64,000 nt of DNA from an uncultured Candidatus Saccharibacteria bacterium. Its GTDB lineage: Bacteria > Patescibacteriota > Doudnabacteria > UBA920. Both the position numbers and the translations under genes were made by a program. Location of the stretch: positions 2,772-66,771 of the forward strand of contig CAZHIA010000005.1 of assembly GCA_964532425.1 (NCBI GenBank), in the 5' to 3' direction. Below, in pieces: positions 36,994 through 47,547 of the stretch (position 1 is its first letter; the number at the start of each line of letters is the position of its first letter). The notes beneath the pieces are model-generated. The model was not told where the DNA came from. It saw only the letters and a program-made list of their open reading frames with translations, and did not search any database.

Positions 36994-37266
36994 TCAATTC
37001 ATTACCCAAAGTAAGTAATACGCAACAATAGAAATTGGTATATGGGTCTCACAAACCCATCCTGAGCCGGTCGTGTTGGGCTCAGGTGAAAAGTCGGTAA
37101 TCATCGCGATGTCTCCGTTTTCGTCCATGCCGTCGTACATTCCTTCAATGTAGTTCTTTGGGTCATTCTTGTTTAAGAACAAGCGGAGTCTGATCTTATC
37201 AGGGTACTCTTCGTTGAGTTTTTGGAGATTTTCACGAACTTCTTTCTCCCAAACATCTCTGTCCAT
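36994..37266 (-). CDS. hypothetical protein
   Basis: GGAGG SD, 90 aa. Confidence 0.55.
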   Translation of the reverse strand: MDRDVWEKEVRENLQKLNEEYPDKIRLRLFLNKNDPKNYIEGMYDGMDENGDIAMITDFSPEPNTTGSGWVCETHIPISIVAYYLLWVMN

Positions 37267-37500
37267 GTTTCCTCCGTTCACGTTTCTACTCGGACAAACA
37301 AGTGTAATTTCTTATTATTGCTTTGTCAAATATGGTATAATGTAAAAATTTCGATCGCGGGGCTCTGACAAGTTCATCTGGCAATTTGCCAAACGTCTCT
37401 GCTGAGGGCAGCCTTCTGGGGTTGCCCCAGAAGGCTGCCCTCAATCTTTACCAGCGTATGGTATAATAAAATAAAGATTTCGAACGGAAACGAACACACA

Positions 37501-39213
37501 ATGGACCATACGCTGTTTTATGAACTGACGAGCGTTTTGCTGGTGGCGGGCTTGATAGCCATGCTGACCAGCCTTTTGAAGCAGCCAAGCATTATTGCCT
37601 TCATTATAACTGGCTTGATTGTCGGGCCTCTGGGTTATTATCAGCTGCACTCGACCACCATCCTCAACAGCCTTGGCGAGGTCGGTATTACGTTGTTGTT
37701 GTTTATGGTCGGGCTGGAGCTGGATGTGAAAGTGCTCCGCAAGCTCGGCAAGGTTGCACTAACCACCGGTATTGGACAGATACTTTTTACGACAATCGTC
37801 GGGTTTTCCATTTCCAAACTGCTCGGATTCACCTTGGTCGAATCTGTATATATCGCATTCGCCCTGACTTTCTCTTCCACCATTATTGTCGTCAAACTCC
37901 TGGCGGAAAAGAAGGACTTACAAAGCCTGTATGCGCGCATTGTCATCGGCATCCTTGTGGTCCAGGACTTTATTGCCATGATTATCCTGCTGTTTTTAGG
38001 CGGTACAGAAAGTTCCAAAGTCGGTTTCCTTCAGTCATTGCCGGTCTGGCAAATACTGGTGATCACATTGGTGAAGGCTTTGATCTTCGTTTTGCTGCTC
38101 ATGTGGCTGTCGCGGCGCGTGTTCCCGTATCTCCTGAAATATCTGGGAAAATCCGAAGAGCTCCTGTTATCGTTTTCCCTGGCCTGGGCATTGGGTCTGG
38201 CTGCGTTCGCTTCCCTGCCCTGGGTCGGCTTTTCGCTGGAGATGGGCGGATTTTTGGCAGGCCTGGCCTTAGCAAACACGGAGATTCATTACGAGATCAG
38301 CGCGAAGATCAAATCCATCCGTGATTTTTTCATTATTATCTTTTTCATCGTGTTCGGTACGCAGCTGGTTTTGGGCAGTTGGTCGCAAATTGCCTGGCCA
38401 GCGGTGATACTTTCCTTGTTCGTACTCATCGGCAATCCGCTCATCGTCATGGTTATTATGGGGTACTTGGGCTACAAGCCGCGCACCGGGTTCTTCGCCT
38501 CGGTCGCCTTTGCCCAAGTTTCCGAATTCAGCTTTATCCTCGTCGCGCTCGGCTACCGGCTCGGACACGTTTCGGCCTCGGTCGTCAGCCTGGTCACGCT
38601 GGTCGGCGTTATTACCATTGCCTTGTCTTCGTACATGATCCTTTATAGCCATGATATATTTGAATTGCTGAAACCAGTCCTAAAATATTTCGATTTTAAA
38701 AAGGGGTCGGCTGAGAAATCGTTTGCCAACACAGTGCTTAAGGATCATGTTGTGCTCGTTGGCGCACACCGGCTCGGTGCTCATCTTATTGAGGCTTTGG
38801 AAAATGCAGACTCGCCCCTCGTTGTCGTTGACTTCAATCCTGAAATTGTACAAAAGTTCGAGCAGCAGGGTGTTATGGCAGTCTGCGGCGACGTGACGGA
38901 CAGCTATATCCAGGACCAGGTGAACATTGAGAATGCCAAGCTGGTTATTTCCACCATTCCTGATTTTAAGGATAATTTGACGCTGCTCGATGCGGTGAAT
39001 TTACGCTCCCAAGGCAAGAATCATCGCCCGAAGCTGATCTTTGCGGCCCAGGATGAGGAAGAAGCGAAGCATTTGTATTCCCGTGAGATCGACTATGCCC
39101 TGTCGCCGCACTTTATTGGCGGCCTGCACCTGGCCAAGATTCTCTCGGACAGCGATATTGCATCGGGGCTGCAAAAACTGAAACAGCACCACCTGAAGGT
39201 GCTCAACTCATAA
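37501..39213 (+). CDS. Kef-type cation:proton antiporter with TrkA-N domain
   Basis: CPA2 motifs (LFMVGLEL, FSSTIIV, LVVQD, QVSEFSF) and VGAHRLG Rossmann-like domain. Confidence 0.92.
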   Translation: MDHTLFYELTSVLLVAGLIAMLTSLLKQPSIIAFIITGLIVGPLGYYQLHSTTILNSLGEVGITLLLFMVGLELDVKVLRKLGKVALTTGIGQILFTTIVGFSISKLLGFTLVESVYIAFALTFSSTIIVVKLLAEKKDLQSLYARIVIGILVVQDFIAMIILLFLGGTESSKVGFLQSLPVWQILVITLVKALIFVLLLMWLSRRVFPYLLKYLGKSEELLLSFSLAWALGLAAFASLPWVGFSLEMGGFLAGLALANTEIHYEISAKIKSIRDFFIIIFFIVFGTQLVLGSWSQIAWPAVILSLFVLIGNPLIVMVIMGYLGYKPRTGFFASVAFAQVSEFSFILVALGYRLGHVSASVVSLVTLVGVITIALSSYMILYSHDIFELLKPVLKYFDFKKGSAEKSFANTVLKDHVVLVGAHRLGAHLIEALENADSPLVVVDFNPEIVQKFEQQGVMAVCGDVTDSYIQDQVNIENAKLVISTIPDFKDNLTLLDAVNLRSQGKNHRPKLIFAAQDEEEAKHLYSREIDYALSPHFIGGLHLAKILSDSDIASGLQKLKQHHLKVLNS

Positions 39214-39266
39214 ATAAATTCACTACCCGCGGGTAGTGAATTTTTTGTGAGGCCGTATGAAACGAA

Positions 39267-39653
39267 TTAGTCTAATTCGGATGACAGTTCCAGTTCGATA
39301 GGCTTCCATTCGACGGGATTGCCATTTGTGCCAGCCAAACCGAGTGCCGCTTGGTGGCCTGATTCGGACAGGCGTGCGACAATCTCAGAGAGCACGAGAA
39401 GGTTTTCGTAACCTGGCACGACCAACCGGGTTTTGTACCCGTTGCCGTTCATGAGTGGCCCGTGCTGGACCACTTGAGGCTCCCCCTCCTGTTCGCGTTC
39501 GAACCACAACCGGTCCGATTCGATGTTCGACAGGAGATGGTCAATTTGAAATCCCATCGACTTGAGAATGGTGTTTACTTCTGCCGTGGTGGCGCTTGTG
39601 GCGCATACGGTGATACCAGTGAATTGGCTGTTTGCCGTTTCCGTTTGGAGCAT
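39267..39653 (-). CDS. hypothetical protein
   Basis: 128 aa, AAGGAGG SD. Confidence 0.65.
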   Translation of the reverse strand: MLQTETANSQFTGITVCATSATTAEVNTILKSMGFQIDHLLSNIESDRLWFEREQEGEPQVVQHGPLMNGNGYKTRLVVPGYENLLVLSEIVARLSESGHQAALGLAGTNGNPVEWKPIELELSSELD

Positions 39654-39755
39654 TCTGCCTCCTTACGGAAATAGTGTAGAACGGGAACCTTCAGAACGCA
39701 AGGGCGGATTGGACCAGTAAATCCAATTACGGCCGAAATATGCTAAAATACGTAT

Positions 39756-41138
39756 ATGCTCAAAATCTACAATACACTAGCAAAACGCTTAGAGGATGTA
39801 AAAAACACCGGCAAGCTGAATATGTATAGCTGCGGGCCCACGGTGTATAACTATGCGCATATCGGTAATTTGCGCAGCTTTGTTATGGCCGATTTGCTCT
39901 ATCGCACACTGAAAGCCGAAGGATACGGTCCCCGATGGGTCATGAATATTACGGATATTGAAGACAAGATCATGAAGGCGGTGCTGGCCAAATACGGGCC
40001 GTCAGCCACGGTTACAGATCTGCGAGAGTATACCAAATTTTATCTCGACGCCTTTCTGGATGATTTGCGGCACGTTAACGTGAGCGTGGACGAGATCGAA
40101 ATTATCCGCGTCACCGATGTCATCCCCCAGATCCAGGACTTTATTGTTGAATTGATGGACAAAGGGTTTGCTTATAAAGCGGAAGACGGCAGCACGTACT
40201 TCAGCATCGAAACGTACCAGAATCAATTCCATGATTACGGGTCGCTCGTTGGCGAAAAATTCATTGAGGGCAAGAAGATAGGCGCCCGGGTCAAGGTGGA
40301 TGAATATGACAAAGACAACTTGAGTGATTTTGCCTTGTGGAAAGCCGCTGAAGCTGCTGACGGACAAATTTTTTGGGACCATCCCGTGCTCGGTAAAGGA
40401 CGGCCAGGCTGGCACATAGAGTGCTCGGTTATCAACCGAGTCGCATTCGGCGATCATACGACCGACATTCATACCGGCGGAGTGGATCTGGTTTTCCCGC
40501 ACCACACAAACGAAACAGCCCAGACGCAGCCGCTCTATCGTCCCTTCGTCAATTGCTGGCTGCATAGCGAACATTTGCTCGTGGATGGCAAGAAGATGAG
40601 CAAAAGCCTTGGCAATATTTATACATTGAAGGATCTGGAAGGAAAGGTTCGTACACCCGGACGGAGCCTACGTTATTTCTATCTCCAAGCCGGATATGAT
40701 GTCCAGTTGAATTTTACTTGGGAAGGACTCAAAGCCGCGGACAAATCGCTGAACTCCATTTCGGATAGTATCTCGTTCGGCACGAGTGCCAAGGAGAGCG
40801 CGCCGGTCTATGAAGAATTTTTATCGGCGCTTGATGGTAATCTCAATTCCGCTAAAGCTTTGGCTGTTGTTTGGAAAACTATTCGGGATGAAAAACTGGA
40901 CGTGAATCAAAAGACCGAATTGCTCGAAAAATTCGATGCTATTTTAGGACTTGGGCTCTTGGATCAGCAGGAAGAGGAAGAAGTGCCTGCAGATGTGGCC
41001 GCGCTCCTCGAGCAGCGACAAACAGCCCGGCAGCACAAAGACTTTGCCTTATCCGACCAGCTGCGTGACAAGATCGCCGACTTAGGCTGGGAGGTTATGG
41101 ATACTCCTGAAGGGCAGAAGGTGGCTAGGAAAATTTGA
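39756..41138 (+). CDS. cysS: cysteinyl-tRNA synthetase
   Basis: CGPTVY, HIGN, GRPGWHIECS, KMSKS. Confidence 0.98.
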   Translation: MLKIYNTLAKRLEDVKNTGKLNMYSCGPTVYNYAHIGNLRSFVMADLLYRTLKAEGYGPRWVMNITDIEDKIMKAVLAKYGPSATVTDLREYTKFYLDAFLDDLRHVNVSVDEIEIIRVTDVIPQIQDFIVELMDKGFAYKAEDGSTYFSIETYQNQFHDYGSLVGEKFIEGKKIGARVKVDEYDKDNLSDFALWKAAEAADGQIFWDHPVLGKGRPGWHIECSVINRVAFGDHTTDIHTGGVDLVFPHHTNETAQTQPLYRPFVNCWLHSEHLLVDGKKMSKSLGNIYTLKDLEGKVRTPGRSLRYFYLQAGYDVQLNFTWEGLKAADKSLNSISDSISFGTSAKESAPVYEEFLSALDGNLNSAKALAVVWKTIRDEKLDVNQKTELLEKFDAILGLGLLDQQEEEEVPADVAALLEQRQTARQHKDFALSDQLRDKIADLGWEVMDTPEGQKVARKI

Positions 41139-41237
41139 TAACCGCGGATATATCGCTGATAGCGACGCTGAATAGACGCTGATAAAAAGAAACGCCCGGG
41201 ACCGGTAAGGGTCTCGGGCGTTTGTTGATATCAATGG

Positions 41238-41618
41238 TTAGCTAGTGGGTTGTTGTGCCATGGCTGGCGATGCGCAGTGGTCGCCGCGCCGCATGACAAT
41301 CTTCTTCTCGTTCGTACTACGGTCGGTATGCATGACTATCAGCGCGTTACCTTCGCGATCGATCGTGAAATTGTCCCTTCGATCCTCAGGTTCAACGGCT
41401 TGCCCTGCTATTACGACGAGGGTTCCGTAGTCTTTGTGCGTCAGCACAATCTCTTCTTTGTCTCCGGTAACACCTGTGGCGACCTTTGCTTCTTCAATCT
41501 TCTGGTCCCACTTCATCTTTTCGATGGTCTGGTACGATTCGTACCAATTCCACCCACAGATGCCTGCGATGATCGCAAACAGCACGACCAGAATAATCCA
41601 CCCACTCGATGAATTCAT
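41238..41618 (-). CDS. membrane-anchored hypothetical protein
   Basis: N-terminal TM helix, AGGAGG SD, TTGACA-N17-TATAAT at 41708-41680. Confidence 0.7.
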   Translation of the reverse strand: MNSSSGWIILVVLFAIIAGICGWNWYESYQTIEKMKWDQKIEEAKVATGVTGDKEEIVLTHKDYGTLVVIAGQAVEPEDRRDNFTIDREGNALIVMHTDRSTNEKKIVMRRGDHCASPAMAQQPTS

Positions 41619-41788
41619 AAATTGCCTCCTGTTTTCTGTTCAATACGGCTTGGGTACTATCTGGCCATATTGACCCTATATTATAGCATAACTATGCGAT
41701 ATTGTCAATAGCCAAAACCCTAGGTTTTCGCTATATTTATTGGGTATATTTACCATTCTATTAATTTTACGCAACTTTTAGATCATTT

Positions 41789-41848
41789 GTAGCGTGCCGA
41801 TTTATCGGCCAAATTCGGATTGATGTCGCCGATAAATCGGCACGCTAC
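41789..41848. repeat. GTAG-type REP doublet
   Basis: Copy of 3932-3991. Confidence 0.85.
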
Positions 41849-41865
41849 GGTTCTGCTACTATTCT

Positions 41866-42990
41866 ATGTCTTTTTCCTGGCAACAACTTAAAGAACCGAT
41901 ATTTGCCCTGGCGCCCATGGAAGACGTGACTGATTGCGCATTTCGGGAAATGTTCGCTCGCTATAGCAAACCCTCCCTGACCCTCCCTTTTGCAAAGGGA
42001 GGGGGTGTTCCAACTCCCCTCTTTTCTAAAGAGGGGCAGGGGGAGTTCGTCATGTTCACGGAGTTCGTGTCCACGGACGGATTGATGCACGAGGAAGGCC
42101 GTAAGAAATTATTGCCGGATTTGGCGTATACGGAAATACAGCGCCCTATCATTGCGCAAATTTGGGGAACCGACCCGGAGAAATTTAGGAAAGTTGCCGA
42201 GTTGATAGTGGAACTGGGATTTGACGGTATTGATATCAATATGGGTTGCCCGCAGGCGAAAGAGATTGGAGTAGGTGCGTGCGCAGCGCTCATTCGCACC
42301 CCGGACCTTGCTGTAAAAATCATCAATGCGACTATTCAAGGTGCCGGTCCCCTGCCGGTTTCGGTTAAGACCCGCCTTGGGTATAGCAAGACAGATGAAA
42401 TGGAAGGCTGGATTTCCAGATTACTGCAAACGGACATCAAAGCACTGACGCTCCATGGCCGTACGAAAAAAGAAATGTCAAAAGTACCAACGCACTGGGA
42501 CAAGATCGCCGAGGCTGTCGAGATCCGTAATCGAGAAAACCCCAATGTGGTCCTTCTCGGCAATGGGGACATCCGTTCTCGCAAGGAAGGATTGCAGCGC
42601 GTAGCTGAGACCGGTGTTGACGGGGTTATGATAGGCCGCGGCGCATTTGGCTGTCCATGGTTTTTTAATCCGAATGTAATCGACCAACCCGTAGTGCAGG
42701 CCCCTGGCCTGCCAATTACAGAATCGTCAGCACAGCAGGCCACGGGCCTGCACTACATTACACCGCGAGAACGCTTACAGATTATGATCGAACATGCTGA
42801 ACTATTTGAGAAAATGTATACCGGCAAAAAACCATTCCAAATCATGCGCAAGCACTTTAAAGCCTACTGTTCCGGTTTTGCCGGCGCAGCCGAACTCCGT
42901 GCTCAGCTCATGGAAACCAGAGATGTTGCTGAGACAAAAACAGTTGTTGCAAATTATTTACAGGCAGAGAAACCCAGACAGGGCACCTGA
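41866..42990 (+). CDS. tRNA-dihydrouridine synthase family protein with two repeat-derived in-frame insertions
   Basis: LAPMEDVTD, DINMGCP, LHGRT, GNGDI, GVMIGRG. Confidence 0.93.
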   Translation: MSFSWQQLKEPIFALAPMEDVTDCAFREMFARYSKPSLTLPFAKGGGVPTPLFSKEGQGEFVMFTEFVSTDGLMHEEGRKKLLPDLAYTEIQRPIIAQIWGTDPEKFRKVAELIVELGFDGIDINMGCPQAKEIGVGACAALIRTPDLAVKIINATIQGAGPLPVSVKTRLGYSKTDEMEGWISRLLQTDIKALTLHGRTKKEMSKVPTHWDKIAEAVEIRNRENPNVVLLGNGDIRSRKEGLQRVAETGVDGVMIGRGAFGCPWFFNPNVIDQPVVQAPGLPITESSAQQATGLHYITPRERLQIMIEHAELFEKMYTGKKPFQIMRKHFKAYCSGFAGAAELRAQLMETRDVAETKTVVANYLQAEKPRQGT

Positions 42991-43033
42991 CAATGTAATA
43001 TCTGTCCTAGAAGTAGTCTCAAAACCTCCTTAT

Positions 43034-43126
43034 GGCGTCATTCTGAGTCCTGAGTTCGACGAAGGACGAAGAAACTCATGATCGGTAAGAGATGCTTCGG
43101 TCGTCTGACTCCCTCAGTATGACGCC
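43034..43126. repeat. GGCGTCATTCTGAG...CTCAGTATGACGCC element nested in a further imperfect IR (about 43011-43156)
   Basis: Terminal inverted repeats; sister of 9346-9456. Confidence 0.7.
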
Positions 43127-43299
43127 GAGAGGGGTATTCTGGTTTTGAGGCCAGTTCCTGATATCTATTCCTGGATATTTTACGATCGTGCAAAACCCGG
43201 GAATCGATATTTTTGAGGTCATTCTGCCCAGGGGAATAGAATAATTAAAACCGCCAGAAGAGGAGCTTTGGCGGTTTTTTTGGTGCGTACAGATACGGG

Positions 43300-43719
43300 T
43301 CATGGCAGATTGGCGTGCTCCACGAACTGGTCGGTCACGCGGAAGTTGACGCCGTCTTGCGCATAGATCAGGCCACGGACGCGGAACTGGTCAAATGCGA
43401 ACATTGAGCCGCAGTGGACGGAATTGAATTCCTGCAGGATCTCGGGCTTTGTGAACGAGACCCATCCTCCCCTTTTTCTGCAGAACGAAACAATGGCCCA
43501 GGCTGCCCATTCACATTCGGCGCTGCCGAACCGGCCGCACGATCCGTGATGGAAAATGCGTAAGTCCTGCGGCGAGGGACGGTGATCTTCCGCGACGACC
43601 GTGCCTTCCGGTTCGAACTCGATATTCGGCCGAGCTGCTATCTGAGAGGAAAGGCCGGCTATCAGATCACCCGAAGGCAGGTGCGACAAAAGTGCGTGAT
43701 ACTCATCTACTGCTTTCAT
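43300..43719 (-). CDS. hypothetical protein
   Basis: 139 aa, AAGGAGG SD. Confidence 0.65.
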   Translation of the reverse strand: MKAVDEYHALLSHLPSGDLIAGLSSQIAARPNIEFEPEGTVVAEDHRPSPQDLRIFHHGSCGRFGSAECEWAAWAIVSFCRKRGGWVSFTKPEILQEFNSVHCGSMFAFDQFRVRGLIYAQDGVNFRVTDQFVEHANLP

Positions 43720-44022
43720 GAAGCCTCCTTATGAAGTCTACTATACCACAGACTGTTTATGATCGCATCTTTCTTTATGTAATTAACTTGCTAAGGCTTG
43801 CAAAACATTCCTAAAATTAGCGTAATATAATCCACCGATTGTACCCAAAATATACCCGAACCATGAAAATAAGCCTGTTTTTTAAGGCTGTTTATTATGG
43901 GTATTATTTGGTACAATGATAGAAATTGACATGATTTAAAAGATTGACATGATTGCCAAGAGTTGACTGCAATAAAATCTTTTAAATCATTTAAATCTTG
44001 TTCAATCCTTTAAATCAAATTT

Positions 44023-45417
44023 ATGGCCGATAATTCTACAGTGCACCGGATCCTCCCCCAGAACTTGGAAGCCGAAGGGTCCCTGCTGGGTGCCTTGCTG
44101 CTCGACAAGGACGCCTTGATCAAAGTTGCCGACTTGATCAGTCCCGAAGATTTTTACGATCCGAAAAACAAGCTCATCTACCAGACTATTCTGGCTTTGT
44201 TCGGGAAGAACGTTTCTATTGATATTCTGACTGTCACCAACCTGCTGGAAGAACAGAGCCAGCTGGAAAAGGTCGGCGGAGCCACCTACCTGACCAACTT
44301 GGTCAACATGGTGCCGACCGCGGCCCATGTGGTGCATTATGCACACATCGTCCGGAAAAAGGGCACATTGCGCCGGCTGATCCAGGCTTCTAATGAAATA
44401 TCCAGCATTGCGTATCAGGAAGAAGGCGAAGTTGAACAGATTCTCGACCAGGCAGAACAGCAGCTCTATGCTATCTCGCAAAAGCAGATGAAGCAGAACT
44501 TCGTGCCGATCAGCAGCATTCTGCACCAGACGTTCGAGAAAATCGACGAATTGCACCGCGACCAGGGCAAGCTGCGCGGCGTCCCGACCGGCTTTTATGA
44601 TCTGGACCAGAAGCTCGGCGGCTTGCAAAAGTCAGACTTGATCATTCTGGCAGCCCGGCCTTCCATGGGAAAGACCTCTCTCGCTTTGGACATTATGCGG
44701 CACATTGGCGTCAACTTAAAAGTTCCCGTAGGTATCTTTTCCCTGGAAATGAGCAAAGACCAGTTGGTTGACCGCTTGCTTTCATCGCAGTCCAATGTTG
44801 ACGGCTGGAAGATCCGTACCGGCCACCTCAACGATGAAGATTTTGAAAAGATCGGCGAAGCCATGGGTTTGCTGTCCGAAGCTCCCATTTATATCGATGA
44901 CGCCGCCGGCAGCAATATTATGGAAGTGCGCACCAAAGCGCGCCGGCTGCAGGCCGAACACGGTGTCGGTTTGATTGTCGTTGACTACTTGCAGCTGATG
45001 AGCGGCCACAGCACTGACAATCGCGTACAGGAAGTCAGCGAGATCTCCAGGTCTCTCAAAATTCTGGCCCGCGAACTGAACGTGCCGGTTATTGCCTTGT
45101 CTCAGCTGTCCCGCAGCGTGGAAAACCGTCCCGACAAGGTTCCGCAACTATCCGACTTGCGCGAATCGGGTTCCATTGAGCAGGATGCGGACGTGGTCAT
45201 GTTCATTTACCGCGAAGACATGTATAAAGGCAAGGACAGCCGCAAGCCGAACATCGCGGAAATTCACATCCGCAAGCATCGCAATGGGCCGACCGGCGAA
45301 GTGGACTTGTTCTTTGATGGACAAAAAACCTCGTTCCGAAACCTGGACAAGACGTTTGATACGTCCCCTCAAGCCGTCATGGAAAGCATGGCAGGGCCGG
45401 AGGGAGCGGCCCAGTAA
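44023..45417 (+). CDS. dnaB: replicative DNA helicase
   Basis: AARPSMGKT, VDYLQL, LSQLSR, DLRESGSIEQDAD, KHRNGPTG. Confidence 0.98.
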   Translation: MADNSTVHRILPQNLEAEGSLLGALLLDKDALIKVADLISPEDFYDPKNKLIYQTILALFGKNVSIDILTVTNLLEEQSQLEKVGGATYLTNLVNMVPTAAHVVHYAHIVRKKGTLRRLIQASNEISSIAYQEEGEVEQILDQAEQQLYAISQKQMKQNFVPISSILHQTFEKIDELHRDQGKLRGVPTGFYDLDQKLGGLQKSDLIILAARPSMGKTSLALDIMRHIGVNLKVPVGIFSLEMSKDQLVDRLLSSQSNVDGWKIRTGHLNDEDFEKIGEAMGLLSEAPIYIDDAAGSNIMEVRTKARRLQAEHGVGLIVVDYLQLMSGHSTDNRVQEVSEISRSLKILARELNVPVIALSQLSRSVENRPDKVPQLSDLRESGSIEQDADVVMFIYREDMYKGKDSRKPNIAEIHIRKHRNGPTGEVDLFFDGQKTSFRNLDKTFDTSPQAVMESMAGPEGAAQ

Positions 45418-45420
45418 GAT

Positions 45421-45521
45421 ATTGAACAAAATTTAAATAATTGACAAAATTGACAAAATTTTGAATCAAGAATGCAGTTCAATTTTGTCAATTTTGCTCA
45501 ATTTTGTCATTTATGTCAATT
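45421..45521. repeat. 101-bp ATTGACAAA 9-mer inverted element upstream of recR
   Basis: Near-identical to 23380-23480. Confidence 0.8.
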
Positions 45522-45526
45522 AACTT

Positions 45527-46132
45527 ATGGCTAAACTCCCCTCTTCGCTCGACCGTTTAATTCGTGAGCTCTCCAAGCTTCCGGGTATTGGTCCAAAAAC
45601 CGCCCAGCGGCTGGCTTTTTATCTGCTCAAAAAAGATACTATAGACCTGTCTTCCTTGTCTCAAGCCATAGCTCAGGTCAAAAGCGGTATTGTATACTGC
45701 AGCATCTGCCACATGATGGCCGATTCAGACCCGTGTGCCATAGATAAGGATGACCGGCGCGACAAGCAGTTGGTCTGCGTGGTAGAAGAAACTCTCGATG
45801 CAGTAGCCATCGACAAGACCGGTCAGTATAATGGCGTTTTCCATGTGCTTGGTGGCGTACTGAATCCGTTAGAAGGAATCGGTCCTGAACAACTCCAGAT
45901 TGGCTCTCTGCTGGAGCGCATCGGCAGTCAGAATATACGCGAAATCATTATTGCCACCAATCCTACGCTCGAGGGTGAAACGACGGCCATGCATTTGGTC
46001 AAGGCTGCCAAAGAGCAATACCCGGACGTCAAAATTACCCGCATTGCGCGCGGCTTGCCCATGGGCGGAGACCTCGAATATGCGGATGATATCACTCTGA
46101 CAAGGGCATTGGAGGGACGGAGAGAATATTAG
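45527..46132 (+). CDS. recR: recombination mediator RecR
   Basis: LPGIGPKTAQRLA, CSIC, Toprim ATNPTLEGETTA, GGDLEYAD. Confidence 0.97.
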   Translation: MAKLPSSLDRLIRELSKLPGIGPKTAQRLAFYLLKKDTIDLSSLSQAIAQVKSGIVYCSICHMMADSDPCAIDKDDRRDKQLVCVVEETLDAVAIDKTGQYNGVFHVLGGVLNPLEGIGPEQLQIGSLLERIGSQNIREIIIATNPTLEGETTAMHLVKAAKEQYPDVKITRIARGLPMGGDLEYADDITLTRALEGRREY

Positions 46133-46311
46133 ATCGCAGATCTTTTCTGCACGCAGATTACACAGATGAAGTAAAATCAAAATGCTTTTATCAGAGTAAT
46201 CTGTGATCTTTCTTGACACATTTGACATCTTTGTGTACGATATAAACACAATCAGCCGGGCGAGAAATGGCTGATTTAAATTATTCGCAAATTTTTTCTC
46301 AGGAGGAAAAA

Positions 46312-46686
46312 ATGACAGCAGCTGTAGAAGTGAAGGATTCGACCGTGCGGCCTGGTGAAGTCTTGCGACTTATCACGAGTAATGGGCACAAACGGCTCGT
46401 AACAGCTGATGATCCTTCGGAAATTCGGAAGGTCATTTCCATCCCCCGCGACCAGGTTGATGTGGAAAAGCGGCAGGAGCAGCCCCATACTGTGATCAAG
46501 AAAATGATCAAGGTCAATGGCAAGGCTATTGCTGCGGCTTTCGTGCTCACCCCTCTGGAAGAATCTACCACGGATTCCTCCAAACCCCGTTATCGTCTGA
46601 CGATGCTCATCTCGCGAAACGGAAAATTGGTCAATCTCATGAGTCTCCCGGATGGCACACTTATCGAATTACCAAGATCTCGCTAA
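46312..46686 (+). CDS. hypothetical protein
   Basis: AGGAGG SD before ATG 46312. Confidence 0.6.
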   Translation: MTAAVEVKDSTVRPGEVLRLITSNGHKRLVTADDPSEIRKVISIPRDQVDVEKRQEQPHTVIKKMIKVNGKAIAAAFVLTPLEESTTDSSKPRYRLTMLISRNGKLVNLMSLPDGTLIELPRSR

Positions 46687-46829
46687 CCTCAGGCAGGGCC
46701 CGCCTTTACGGCCCTGCTTTTGAATTTCACAAATTCTACTAAGTTTAATTACGAAAAAACCCACCTTAGGAGGTGGGTTTTTCAGCGTAAGTTCTGCGTT
46801 GCAGTCACTTTTCGCGTATAATCAGCGTT

Positions 46830-47135
46830 CTAGGCTTTGGTAATAACTACCTCAGTGTACTGCTGGCGATGCCCGATCTTTCTGCGATATTTGCTTTTGG
46901 CTTTGAACTTCAGGACGTGGACTTTGTCGCCTTTGCCTTGCTTGATGATGGTGGCTTCCACGGCAGCTCCGGAAACGGTGGGTTTGCCGACCTTGAGGTC
47001 AGTACCGTCAAATGTCATGAGGACTTTGTCGAATTTAACCGCGGCATCCTTTTCTCCAGCGAGTTTTTCTACCTGGATCTTGTCACCGACGGATACCAAA
47101 TACTGTTTTCCGCCAGTTTCGATGATTGCAGACAT
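46830..47135 (-). CDS. rplU: 50S ribosomal protein L21
   Basis: AIIETGGKQY, GHRQQYT. Confidence 0.97.
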   Translation of the reverse strand: MSAIIETGGKQYLVSVGDKIQVEKLAGEKDAAVKFDKVLMTFDGTDLKVGKPTVSGAAVEATIIKQGKGDKVHVLKFKAKSKYRRKIGHRQQYTEVVITKA

Positions 47136-47156
47136 ATTGTAAATGCTTAATTGATA

Positions 47157-47321
47157 TAGGGCTTACGCGTTTCGCCCAATGCAAGAAAAAACAGGGCGAA
47201 ACCCTCAAGGGGCTTAACCAACTACTTCGTTATTTTGTTCCGCTTGACCTCACCGTAGGTGAACTACGCCTCGGTCAATGCTCGCAAAATGCCTCGTATT
47301 TGGCTAAGCGCGTAAGCCCTG
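47157..47321. mobile_element. 165-bp MITE-like element, copy 1
   Basis: TIR AGGGCTTACGCG...CGCGTAAGCCCT; homologous to 53092-53256. Confidence 0.75.
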
Positions 47322-47547
47322 ACTAATTTATATAGGGTATTTGGATTCTATCAAAAACCGGGGAAAAAGTCAACAGGAACAAGCTTGTAGGTTGTAGTTT
47401 ATAGTTTGTAGATCATACGCCAAGACATGAGCCATATAGTGCAGGCCACGGGCCTGCTATACGGAGAGTGGAAAAGAAAAAGCACCACCTTGCGATGGTG
47501 CCAAAGTTGGCCATTGCCTTATTGCTTACCAGTCCCCGACGCTGGAC

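Noticed and set aside
37404-37443. c-di-AMP riboswitch before the K+ antiporter
   Set aside because: Just a perfect inverted repeat, related to 55138-55169; no ydaO-type conserved segments seen.
23486-45417. Inteins in dnaE or dnaB
   Set aside because: Both proteins are of normal length with contiguous motifs.
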